From contig OY970364.1 of assembly GCA_963718565.1 (NCBI GenBank), forward strand, positions 992,001 to 1,056,000: a stretch of DNA of 64,000 nt, given 5' to 3'. This stretch comes from an uncultured Verrucomicrobiae bacterium. Lineage in GTDB: Bacteria > Chlamydiota > Chlamydiia > Chlamydiales > Rhabdochlamydiaceae. Below are positions 10,832 to 20,104 of the stretch, piece by piece. The notes under the pieces are model-generated. The model made no database searches and was not told the origin of the DNA. It worked only from the letters and a program-made list of their open reading frames with translations. The translations under genes and the position numbers were made by a program. Numbering within the stretch: the stretch's first letter is position 1; the number at the start of each line of letters is the position of its first letter.

Positions 10832-12379
10832 TTATTGCGGAACTTCAGCAAGCTGTGTGGAAGCTGCAAGCTGTTCGCCAGTAGTCATTTGCTTGAATTG
10901 TTTGCCCAAAGAAGTGACGCAGAAAATCCATGCTAAAAGAATGACAAAAAGAATGCCGGCAATGTAGGGTGTTGAAAGGGCTACGCTGCCGAGGAGAATG
11001 ATGAAGCCTTGGTAGGTTAGAGAAGATCCCGATTTGCCGATTCCCGATCCCAGACCATCGATCGCAGCTTTTCCTTTGAGTTTTGATTCTGAGTCCAGTG
11101 GCAAAAAGGCAAGTTCTTTGGTCGCATCGAAGACGGAATATTTGCTCGCTTTACTTAGACAATTCTGGAGCGAACCGCAGTAGACAGTCATTGCAAGTGG
11201 CGTGAGTCCAAAAAGGGTCGAAGAAAGCGCTATGAGTGCGTCCCCACAGAACATAAACGTAAAAAAACCAATGGCCATGGTGGTCATAACCAGAGGAGTA
11301 AGAATCGCAGTAAACGTCCACCCGAAGCGCGTGACCATTAGCGAAAAGAAAATCCCTCCAATTGTCGCTAAAATTCCAATCCCGACAGTGATTTTATTCA
11401 TATGCTCAAGCATTTCGTTCGGATCAGCAAAAAAACGTTTAAGCTGTTCTTTCCAGAGGACATCCGTGAAATTGATGCTGATATTGTACCCTAACACGAT
11501 GATAGCAAGAGGAACGAGGTAACGAGACCGAAGAATATATTTTACACTTTCTCGTAAGGATAAGCGTGATTTCTCAGCATTCGTTGTTTTATTTTCTGCG
11601 GCGGAAACATTTTTTTGTTCAGGTAAGATATTGCGATTGATCCAGTAATAGATAACCATAGCGGCAATGCCTAAAAAAGAAACTAAAGTAACCAATTGAC
11701 AGATCGTGTGATTCCAAGAGTTAGTAATGGAAGAGAGGAATGGTAAAGAAAGGGAATTGCTGAAAGTCAAAGCTAATGTCCCCCCCATGATCGGCGCAAT
11801 GTTCGACCCGATATTGAGGATGCCATAGGTCCGTTTTGCCTCATTCACTTGAGTAGTGTCATTGGCAAATCCCCAATAAAGAACAGATAGGATCATGACA
11901 GCCCAGAGTTCGGAAATGACGTAAAAAGAAGTAAAGGTCCAATTGCGCACAAGTGCGATGAATCCTTGGAACCCCTGCGGTAATACGGAACTCATCCAAT
12001 CGCCTACCTTTTCTAAATGAAGTTCTTGACTATGCGGATATAAATAGAAAGCAAAAAGCAGAAAATAGGCCAAAAAGGAAGAGATCATGATGTAAAACAC
12101 ATTCTCTTTGCTAAAACACCTTCTAAGCCGTGTATAGAACCACGTCGCAAGGAAAACCCCTGGAAGCATCCCCCAAACTTTGATAAAAGGGATCACTTCA
12201 GCGCCAGAGTTTTTTGCAGTCAGGATAATCGTGTCCTTGAGATTGCGCAATACGCCGTAACTGACACACAGTAGAAATAACAAGAAAAGCATGGAAAGGA
12301 CTTTCTTCACCTCTGACCGATGGACCGGCCAGAAAATCGTTCGCCACACACCGAATTGCTCTTTTTTTTCTCTCGTCAT
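10832..12379 (-). CDS. TLC/Npt family nucleotide (ATP/ADP-type) translocase
   Basis: LRNLKDT, GAEVIPFIKVWG, FYVISELW, YWGFAN..EAKRTY, KYSVFDATKELAFLPL, KGKAAIDGLGSGIGKSG. Confidence 0.95.
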   Translation of the reverse strand: MTREKKEQFGVWRTIFWPVHRSEVKKVLSMLFLLFLLCVSYGVLRNLKDTIILTAKNSGAEVIPFIKVWGMLPGVFLATWFYTRLRRCFSKENVFYIMISSFLAYFLLFAFYLYPHSQELHLEKVGDWMSSVLPQGFQGFIALVRNWTFTSFYVISELWAVMILSVLYWGFANDTTQVNEAKRTYGILNIGSNIAPIMGGTLALTFSNSLSLPFLSSITNSWNHTICQLVTLVSFLGIAAMVIYYWINRNILPEQKNVSAAENKTTNAEKSRLSLRESVKYILRSRYLVPLAIIVLGYNISINFTDVLWKEQLKRFFADPNEMLEHMNKITVGIGILATIGGIFFSLMVTRFGWTFTAILTPLVMTTMAIGFFTFMFCGDALIALSSTLFGLTPLAMTVYCGSLQNCLSKASKYSVFDATKELAFLPLDSESKLKGKAAIDGLGSGIGKSGSSLTYQGFIILLGSVALSTPYIAGILFVILLAWIFCVTSLGKQFKQMTTGEQLAASTQLAEVPQ

Positions 12380-12477
12380 AACGATCTCAAACCCTCCAAT
12401 TGTACTGAACAGAGATATTTTCTCAAACAAGTTTTTCGGAATTTCGGAATCTCATGGCGCTGGGTATTAGAAAAAAA

Positions 12478-12492
12478 TTTTGCAATTCCCTC
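12478..12492 (-). repeat. 15-bp terminal remnant of element family A
   Basis: TTTTGCAATTCCCTC. Confidence 0.6.
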
Positions 12493-12655
12493 TTTATCTT
12501 GACAATACGTACCCAAGATATGGAGCATACAATGAGTTGATTTGTCGCAAAAAAAATTTTATTTAACGAAAATACTAGAAAAAAAAGATCGAAATTTTCT
12601 ATGTCATTACAAATGCAGTCATCAAATGTCCCCTCTATTTGGGCGAGGAGAAAAA

Positions 12656-13981
12656 ATGCAGAAACGAGAAATAGACCTTCGCAAAACGATAGGCTGGTTC
12701 CGAAAAATTCTAGCGCCTTTGCTTTTAATCACACTATGTCCGCCGCTTGTGATGTTAGTTTGGTACACAAACGTCTCACTAGACGGATCCCTTACACAGC
12801 TCTGCGCATTATTCACAAAAAACGGAATTTTTTCGACAATCTATGAGATGTGGAGTCCTCTTTTTTTCGGAACTGCTGCAGCTTGGAAAATTTTGGTCGT
12901 TTTTGCTGCGGTGGAACTGCTTTTGATGAGGGTTTTGCCTGGCAGAAAAGTGGAAGGACCCATGACCCCAAAAGGAAACATCCCTGTTTACAAAGCAAAT
13001 GGCGTCCCGGCCTTTGCATGCACGCTATTGCTTTTTTACCTAGGCTCTGTTCCATTTAAGCTATTTTCTCCGACGATTGTTTATGATAATTTCGGCGGCC
13101 TGCTCGGAGCGTTGAATTTTTTTAGTTTGCTTTTTTGCCTGTTTCTCTATTTCAAGGGGCGATACAAGCCTTCAAATGCAGACTCGGGAACGACAGGCCA
13201 TGCCATCTTTGATTATTTCTGGGGCATGGAATTATACCCGCGTATCTTCGGCTGGGATGTCAAAATGTTCACCAACTGCCGTTTTGGAATGATGGGATGG
13301 GGACTAATTCTCATCTCTTTTGCTGCAAAACAACATCAGCTTTACGGACTTTCTGACTCGATGCTCGTTGCTGTAAGCTTACAACTCCTTTACATCGCCA
13401 AATTTTTCTGGTGGGAAACAGGTTATTTGAGATCGATGGATATCATGTACGATAGAGCGGGATTCTGTATCTGTTGGGGATGCCTTGTCTGGGTGCCTTC
13501 CGTCTATACTTCGCCCACCCTCTTCTTGGTCAATCACCCCAATCATCTAGGAACCTCTGCAGCATTCACACTCTTTGCTGCAGGGAGTATTTGCATCTTT
13601 ATCAACTACCTTGCAGATAGGCAGCGCCAATACGTGCGCAATAAAAATGGAGACTGCAGAATCTGGAATAAAAAACCTGATCTTATCTTTGCCAATTACA
13701 AAACGGAATGGGGCGAAGAGAAACAATCGTTATTGCTCGCTTCGGGGTGGTGGGGCATCTCACGCCATTTTCACTATCTTCCAGAACTATTAGGAGCGCT
13801 TTTTTGGAGCGTGCCGGCATTGTTCACACACTTTATGCCTTACTTCTATCTCACTTTCTTATTTCTTTTGCTCATGGATCGCGCTTTCAGACAAGAAAGA
13901 CGCTGCAAAATCAAATACGGCAAAGATTGGGAAAAATACTGTGAACTCGTCCCCTTTCGTTTTATTCCTTTTGTCTACTAG
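12656..13981 (+). CDS. Sterol delta-7 reductase (DHCR7/DWF5-like, ERG4/ERG24 family)
   Basis: GPMTPKGNIPVYKANG, DYFWGMELYPR, DVKMFTNCRFGMMGW, LLASGWWGISRHFHY, RCKIKYGKDWEKYC; GAGGAG RBS. Confidence 0.93.
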   Translation: MQKREIDLRKTIGWFRKILAPLLLITLCPPLVMLVWYTNVSLDGSLTQLCALFTKNGIFSTIYEMWSPLFFGTAAAWKILVVFAAVELLLMRVLPGRKVEGPMTPKGNIPVYKANGVPAFACTLLLFYLGSVPFKLFSPTIVYDNFGGLLGALNFFSLLFCLFLYFKGRYKPSNADSGTTGHAIFDYFWGMELYPRIFGWDVKMFTNCRFGMMGWGLILISFAAKQHQLYGLSDSMLVAVSLQLLYIAKFFWWETGYLRSMDIMYDRAGFCICWGCLVWVPSVYTSPTLFLVNHPNHLGTSAAFTLFAAGSICIFINYLADRQRQYVRNKNGDCRIWNKKPDLIFANYKTEWGEEKQSLLLASGWWGISRHFHYLPELLGALFWSVPALFTHFMPYFYLTFLFLLLMDRAFRQERRCKIKYGKDWEKYCELVPFRFIPFVY

Positions 13982-13987
13982 TCTAGA

Positions 13988-14070
13988 GAGGGAATTGCAA
14001 AACTCCTCGCCGCATAAAATCGCGCTTTTGGCACCTGTCGCCTTGGCGGCGGCTCTCCTACTTATCCAAT
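13988..14070 (+). repeat. Truncated copy of element family A
   Basis: Near-identical to the first ~65 bp of 31969-32198. Confidence 0.9.
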
Positions 14071-14139
14071 TAAAAAAAATACTTGATACAAATAATAATT
14101 AAGTATAAATAAAAGATTATTAGTAAAACGCAATTATTC

Positions 14140-15183
14140 ATGCCTTCCATTAGATTTAAATTGTTCTCAAAAACAATTCCCAAAATTACTGTTTGCTTCT
14201 GCTGTTTTGGAGAAATCAATGAAGATATCGATTTTTTTTCTTTTCCTTGTCACTCAGAGCGCTTGGAACGATCAACGTGGTTTGAGAATTGTGAAAATCA
14301 GCCCTGCCAACTTCCTCGAATAGACTCCGATGTGTTGAGAGCTCTGTGCGGTGTACCCATGGAACTGTTTCATCCGTTAAGAGTGGAAAGATGCTTATGT
14401 CCAACTATTCAAGGAAGGGCTCATCTCCCCCCTCTTGTTCTCGCTGCTCTCCAGGGTGACCTAGAATTAACGAAAACCTTGTTCAAAGAAGTCCAGAAGA
14501 GCAGATGCGGATTTGATGAAGAACTCATCGAAAATGCTTGCATTTGCGCTTCAGCGCAGGGGCATCTCGAGGTGCTCAAGTGGCTATTTGACAAATGGAT
14601 CCTGGACAGTTGCTGCTTCATCGACACAAAAACATTGAGAAGGTCTTGTATCAGTGCTGCAGCTCATGGCCACTGCGAAGTTCTGGAATTTTTATTGGAA
14701 AAAGCCTTTCCCTTAAGCTCATGTTTTATCGATCAAGAACTCTTAAATTATTGCTGCATGAGCGCATCCGCCAACGGCCATCTCAAAGTTCTTAAGCTTT
14801 TATTTTTTAAAACTTTTCCTGAAAACATATTTTTTGTAGAACAGTCCCTTTTGAATTGTTGCACTATTTGTGCATCGGTCAATGGGCAGGTAGAAGTTCT
14901 TAAGTTCTTATTCAAAAAGGTCCAACCCAAAATCTCTTTTTTCATTAATCAGAATATGTTCAGTAACAGTCTCATTTCTGCCTCTGCTAACGGCCAGCTC
15001 GGGGTACTTCACTTTTTATTTAATCTAGCTTTCAAAGAAAGCCATTGGTTGCTTGAAAACGAAATCTTAGAAGATTGTTGTATTTTTGCTTCTAATCGCG
15101 GTTTTTTTGAAATTGTCGATTTCTTTTCAAAAAACAGATTTCCTTTCTGTATTGCCGTGGATGAAGGAGAGGGTGATTTATAA
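14140..15183 (+). CDS. Cys-rich ankyrin-like repeat protein
   Basis: About seven repeats of the type CISAAAHGHCEVLEFLL / CMSASANGHLKVLKLL. Confidence 0.8.
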   Translation: MPSIRFKLFSKTIPKITVCFCCFGEINEDIDFFSFPCHSERLERSTWFENCENQPCQLPRIDSDVLRALCGVPMELFHPLRVERCLCPTIQGRAHLPPLVLAALQGDLELTKTLFKEVQKSRCGFDEELIENACICASAQGHLEVLKWLFDKWILDSCCFIDTKTLRRSCISAAAHGHCEVLEFLLEKAFPLSSCFIDQELLNYCCMSASANGHLKVLKLLFFKTFPENIFFVEQSLLNCCTICASVNGQVEVLKFLFKKVQPKISFFINQNMFSNSLISASANGQLGVLHFLFNLAFKESHWLLENEILEDCCIFASNRGFFEIVDFFSKNRFPFCIAVDEGEGDL

Positions 15184-15254
15184 TGTTTATTACTAGGATT
15201 TTGAAGATTTCAAGGGAGCCGTGTTAGGTTTTTTCGTACGTCCTCAAAAACCTA

Positions 15255-15347
15255 TGGCAAGCACTGAATGTCATTTGGATCCATGCCAGGCTTTGCATTT
15301 ATCGATCTCAATCAGGCATGGATCCAAATGACATTCAGTGCTTGCCA
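15255..15347. repeat. Intergenic inverted repeat with 33-bp perfect arms
   Basis: TGGCAAGCACTGAATGTCATTTGGATCCATGCC (15255-15287) and its exact reverse complement (15315-15347), 27-nt loop. Confidence 0.95.
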
Positions 15348-15613
15348 CAGGTCTCCGAGGAAGTATGAATTGAGCGGCTTGTAAAGTCAGAACAAAACGG
15401 TTATCAAACAGCCTCTCCGGTCACACCTTGACTGGTAACACGTACATTCTGTGTTCGTACAGGCGTTACAGGGGGCTAAAGAAACCAATTTTTGAAGTTT
15501 CTTCAGTATAAACAAGAATTTTCTAGCGAATATTTGTTTTAGCTCTTAAAATTCTTTGGTTTGTTCGTTGATCATGCTATACTCCTCGCGCAAATACACC
15601 CGCAGGGGATTCT

Positions 15614-16366
15614 ATGATGAAATCTATGATAAAAAAAATATTTTCCGGTATTCTTATGACAGGATCATTTTTCTCCGCCCCCCTTTTTTCAGGTGAAAAG
15701 GCGGAAAGCACCCCGAACCCACTCGTCCTTATCCTTCTCGGGCCACCGGGTTCTGGCAAAGGCACTCAGGCGGTGATGCTTCAAGAAAAATTACACCTGC
15801 CGCATATTTCCACCGGCGACTTGCTCCGCGATCACATCCGCAGAGGCTCTGAGCTCGGGAAACAAGCACAGACTTTTATGGACAAAGGACAACTCGCCCC
15901 TGATGCTTTAATCCTGGATATGCTCTTTGAAAGAGTCTCTAAAAAAGATTGCGCTGATGGATACATTTTGGACGGATTCCCAAGAACCCTTCCTCAAGCA
16001 GAAGCGCTCCAGGAGAGGCTTAAAGGAAAACTAGCGCCTATTGTCATTAATTTAGACCTGTCCGACACCAAAATCATTGAGCGCCTGACAAACCGCGTTT
16101 CTTGTGAAAAATGCGGGACTCCTTACCATCTTATTTACTCTCCTCCAAAAACAGCTGGTAAATGCGATAAATGCGATGGCAAATTGATTCACCGCGCGGA
16201 TGATACCGAAGCTGTGATCACAAAGCGCTTGACAGTCTATCATGAACAAACTGCACCTTTGATTACCTATTATGCGAAGCAAAAGCTGCTGCATACCATC
16301 CATTGCGACACTCCAAAGGAAAAAATCTTTTCACAAGTGATTGCACAAATCCCTTCTAAAAAATAG
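15614..16366 (+). CDS. adk: Adenylate kinase with Zn-lid and N-terminal extension
   Basis: GPPGSGKGTQ, HISTGDLLR, GYILDGFPRT, CEKC..CDKC, RADD. Confidence 0.95.
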   Translation: MMKSMIKKIFSGILMTGSFFSAPLFSGEKAESTPNPLVLILLGPPGSGKGTQAVMLQEKLHLPHISTGDLLRDHIRRGSELGKQAQTFMDKGQLAPDALILDMLFERVSKKDCADGYILDGFPRTLPQAEALQERLKGKLAPIVINLDLSDTKIIERLTNRVSCEKCGTPYHLIYSPPKTAGKCDKCDGKLIHRADDTEAVITKRLTVYHEQTAPLITYYAKQKLLHTIHCDTPKEKIFSQVIAQIPSKK

Positions 16367-16374
16367 TTCCAACC

Positions 16375-16608
16375 ATGGAAAGTTCGAACTTTGGCAAATG
16401 GTTCATCTATGTCGGATTAGGACTCGTCGTTATTGGCGCTTTGATTTGGCTGGGCAGTAAAATGGGGATCTCTTTTGGAAAACTTCCTGGAGACATTCAT
16501 ATTCAAAAAGAGAAGATTTCTTTCTACTTTCCCATTGTGACCTCCATCATTGTCAGCGTCGTGCTGACCCTCATCATTAATTTGATTTTTTGGTTTCTGA
16601 GGAAATAA
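16375..16608 (+). CDS. DUF2905 family small membrane protein
   Basis: FGKLPGDIHI..FYFPIVTSIIVSVVLT. Confidence 0.9.
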   Translation: MESSNFGKWFIYVGLGLVVIGALIWLGSKMGISFGKLPGDIHIQKEKISFYFPIVTSIIVSVVLTLIINLIFWFLRK

Positions 16609-16849
16609 TAATTCATAATGACACAGCTAACTGCCCTTGTGAATTTTGCTTTTAGCCAGCCGGAAATTATTCAGCCTATTCTTACGGGAATTTCTGAAGA
16701 AAATGGTCGAGAAAATGCTTCTCTTCGTAATTGTCGTCTTGTTGATCGTCTGCCACTTTATCCCCTCTTGCGGTCCTAAGTTCCAACATGATATTTGCAT
16801 TTTCCGTTTTCCACCACCCTTGGTATAATATATTAATGCAATCTCAAGG

Positions 16850-17158
16850 TTTTTTAGACGGGCTCTGTGAGTCGACGCGAAAAGGGACCCGCCAATCGAG
16901 ACGAAGTCCGGGCGGGAGTGAGCGCACGAACAGCCAATGGAATCAGATCGCACAGCAAAATCGTAGCGCAGGAGAGCGCGGTCAGCGCATAGGGGGGATC
17001 AGTGCTTTGCACGGCCCCCCGACGAGCACGCGATTTGGCAAAGCGAGATGATTCTCAAGAAGGCTAGCGGGAAACGCGGACACGCCAGTGCCGTGTTTCC
17101 GACATATGAAATGGAGGCATTATTTCAATGCCTAACCTCAACACTTTTATTTACACCC
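16850..17158. repeat. GC-rich intergenic element ending in the family C terminus
   Basis: 17115-17158 (AGGCATTATTTCAATGCCTAACCTCAACACTTTTATTTACACCC) matches the element at 28012-28080. The left boundary is uncertain. Confidence 0.6.
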
Positions 17159-17364
17159 ACAAAGCCTTCCAAGCGATCCAGCTATTCAATTATTCGTTTC
17201 TCAGTTGAAATATTTGCCTCAATTTCTATCGGTTGGCAGGCTCTCCTCAAACAGATGACCTCCAGTGGGGAGAACGCCGCGCGGAAGAAGAGCTGCCTCG
17301 ACTGGCTGACGCGCTTTCGCGATATTAATCGAGAAGGGGGATTGCAAAAATCAGAGGATTGGTA

Positions 17365-20025
17365 TCACTTAAGATCTTGAAGGATATTGGCAACAACGGC
17401 GCTCCAGCCTGTTTGATGCGATGCTCCCAGCCCTCTTCCTGTATCCCCATGATAATGCTCGAAAAACTGGATAAATTCCTGCCAATGGGGATCTTGAAGG
17501 GCTGTATCTTGATAGATTGGCCGCCGGCCTGTGGGATCCTTGCGAAAAAGCGCGACTAAACGACTACGTAGATCAGCGATCATCTCTTTCAAGGTGATCT
17601 CTTTGCCTTGGACTTTGACTTGAAAATCTGGTCCCACTGTTTCTGCAAGGCGCTTCAAAGCACCGATGAATAGATAGTTTACAGGAAACCAGACCGGGCC
17701 CCTCCAATTGGAATTGCCGCCTTTGATTTTTTCTAAAGACTCTCCCGGTTCATATCCTACGACCATTCCACGGAATACAAAAGGGTGCTTTTCATGGAAT
17801 TTTGATAAACTGCGCAGCCCAAATGGGGAAAGAAATTCATTGGGATCCCACGCTTTGTCTAATACCCGTCGCATCTGCTCCAATGTCATCAGTGAAAACA
17901 AATACCGTTTTTTCCCGCCAAAATCATATTCGGTGATACAACGGTCGACCAAACGATGAAAATGGCGAAGATAGACTTGAAAATGCTCATAAAAATCTCG
18001 ATGTTGGACGAGTTCATCTTCTTCAAAAAACTCGATCGAGAAAAACGGAATTAGACCAACGAAAGAGCGGACTTTCATCCGAACGTGCTCTCCACTGGAA
18101 TCGCAAAGAGTGTCATAAAAGAAACCGTCTTGTTCATCCCAGAGATTGACGGGCCTAGCCCGTGTTCCTTGGATCGCTCCTGCAATGGAAATAAAATGCT
18201 CTAAAAAAACCATGGCCAATTTTTCGTAGACAGGTTTTTGCTTCGCGAGCTCTAAGGACATCTTGAGCATCACCAGTGCAAAAAAGCCCATCCAGCCTGT
18301 TCCATCCGATTCCTCAAAAAATCCGCCTTTAGAAAGAGGTTTGCTGCGATCGATAATCGAAATATTATCTAAGCCTAAAAACCCTCCCTCGAAGACATTA
18401 TTACCCAAATGATCGACTTTGTTGACCCACCAATTAAAGTTATCCATCAATTTCAAAAAACAAAACTCTAAGAAATTGAAATCTGTGATCTGTTTTTCCT
18501 TTTTCTCGCGTCGATAGATATACCAGACCGCCCAGGCTTGAACAGGGGGGTTGGCCTCGGAAAAACTCCATTCATAGGCAGGAACCTGCCCATTGGGATG
18601 CTGATATTTATGCTCAAAGAAAATCGTCATATGAAATTTGGCAAACGGGAGATCGACAAGGGAAAGAGCCACGGCATGGAAAGCTGAGTCCCAAGAAGCA
18701 AACCAGGGATATTCCCATTTATCCGGCATGACAAGAAGATTATGAGAGTGTAAATGCTGCCAGTGGCTGTTGCGGACATCATAACGAGTCGGTGGCGGAG
18801 GCAAAGCGGGATCGTCGCCCTCAAGCCATTTTTTTACATCGAAATTGTAAAATTGCGTACTCCAGAGAACTCCAGCAATTGCCTGCCGTTGGATCAGCTT
18901 TTCTTCTAGAGTCAATTTTTTGGATTGGGTCGCATCAAAATAATCATCGGCCTCTTTTTTTCTTATGGCAACGACTTTATCGACATCCTCTAAAGGAGCT
19001 TTTGTTAATTGAGTAGATAAGCGAAATTTCAGCACTTTTGATTTCTTTGCTGGAATGTGGACCTCGTTGTATAAAAAACAGGCCTTAGTCCCCTTTTTCC
19101 CCGGATTGGTGCACTTTTCTTTATTGACCACATAGCGATGAAATGCGTCTTTGACATAAGGCGTAGAGCTTCGCACTTCAGGGCCATAAAGCCGTTCACA
19201 GTGTGTTTCATTATTTGTGAACAGTAATTCATCTGCGACATCTCCTGCCAAATACATCGCAGAAAATTGATAATCTTCAGAAAGCCAATCCGGCGGTGGA
19301 TTTTTTTTAGGATCGGCGTAGAGGCTTTGAAATTTTGAAGAATAGGGCCCTTCTTGAATTTCCGGTTCGAGGTCCCATTGTTTGGTCCAGGCCCAGCAAT
19401 TCCGAAACCATAACTGAGGCAAAACCGTGATCGTCGCATCTTTCTCACTTTGGTTAAATATCTCAATGCGGACACAAGTATCTTCTTGGGCTGCTTTTGC
19501 ATATTCGACCACAACATCGAAGAATTCGTTTTTGGAAAAAATTCCGGTATCTACCAGTTCAAACTCACGATCTTTCGTCGTGCGTTTTTGATTTTCTCCA
19601 ACCAACGGATCATAAGGAAATGCGTTCTGCGGAAAACGGTACAGAAATTTCATGTAAGAATGGGTCGGCGTCGCATCGAGATAGTAATAGTACTCTTTAA
19701 CATCCTCGCCGTGATTTCCTTCATAGGGATTAAGCCCGAATAGCCTTTCCTTAAGAATAGGATCTTTACCATTCCATAGGGCTAAAGAAAACACCAGCGT
19801 CTGATAAAAATCACACCATCCCGCAAGTCCATCCTCTCCCCATCGATATGCTTTCGAGCGCGCCATATCATGCGGCAAATAATTCCAAGCATCTCCAGTG
19901 GCACTATAATCTTCGCGGACTGTACCCCAGGCCCGCTCTGAGACATAAGCACCCCATTTGCGCCATGGAGGAACCTTCTTGTCCAAGGAATCTTCGATGC
20001 GAGTCAGTTCTTTGCTTTTCGGCAT
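17365..20025 (-). CDS. GH63 / MGH1-like glucosidase
   Basis: WGAYVSERAWGTVREDYS, GNHGEDVKE, MPDKWEYPWFASWD, GGFLGLDNI, NSNWRGPVW, GLGASHQTGWS. Confidence 0.95.
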   Translation of the reverse strand: MPKSKELTRIEDSLDKKVPPWRKWGAYVSERAWGTVREDYSATGDAWNYLPHDMARSKAYRWGEDGLAGWCDFYQTLVFSLALWNGKDPILKERLFGLNPYEGNHGEDVKEYYYYLDATPTHSYMKFLYRFPQNAFPYDPLVGENQKRTTKDREFELVDTGIFSKNEFFDVVVEYAKAAQEDTCVRIEIFNQSEKDATITVLPQLWFRNCWAWTKQWDLEPEIQEGPYSSKFQSLYADPKKNPPPDWLSEDYQFSAMYLAGDVADELLFTNNETHCERLYGPEVRSSTPYVKDAFHRYVVNKEKCTNPGKKGTKACFLYNEVHIPAKKSKVLKFRLSTQLTKAPLEDVDKVVAIRKKEADDYFDATQSKKLTLEEKLIQRQAIAGVLWSTQFYNFDVKKWLEGDDPALPPPPTRYDVRNSHWQHLHSHNLLVMPDKWEYPWFASWDSAFHAVALSLVDLPFAKFHMTIFFEHKYQHPNGQVPAYEWSFSEANPPVQAWAVWYIYRREKKEKQITDFNFLEFCFLKLMDNFNWWVNKVDHLGNNVFEGGFLGLDNISIIDRSKPLSKGGFFEESDGTGWMGFFALVMLKMSLELAKQKPVYEKLAMVFLEHFISIAGAIQGTRARPVNLWDEQDGFFYDTLCDSSGEHVRMKVRSFVGLIPFFSIEFFEEDELVQHRDFYEHFQVYLRHFHRLVDRCITEYDFGGKKRYLFSLMTLEQMRRVLDKAWDPNEFLSPFGLRSLSKFHEKHPFVFRGMVVGYEPGESLEKIKGGNSNWRGPVWFPVNYLFIGALKRLAETVGPDFQVKVQGKEITLKEMIADLRSRLVALFRKDPTGRRPIYQDTALQDPHWQEFIQFFEHYHGDTGRGLGASHQTGWSAVVANILQDLK

Positions 20026-20104
20026 AGGTAAACTTATCAACCTTGACTTAATATTACTCCTTTATATTAAATATTTTAATTATATGACAAGCTGTGGAAT
20101 CATT

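Noticed and set aside
15255..15347. Retron msr-msd or rho-independent terminator
   Set aside because: No reverse transcriptase in the window; stem too long and no U-tract
17130..17160. tmRNA 5' end (GGGTGTAAA on the minus strand)
   Set aside because: It continues as the family C terminal repeat, without the GGTTTCGAC motif or a tRNA-like 3' end
19958..20104. Longer MFS start overlapping the glucosidase gene
   Set aside because: It would overlap a divergent gene; ATG 20105 gives a normal N-terminus once the insert is removed
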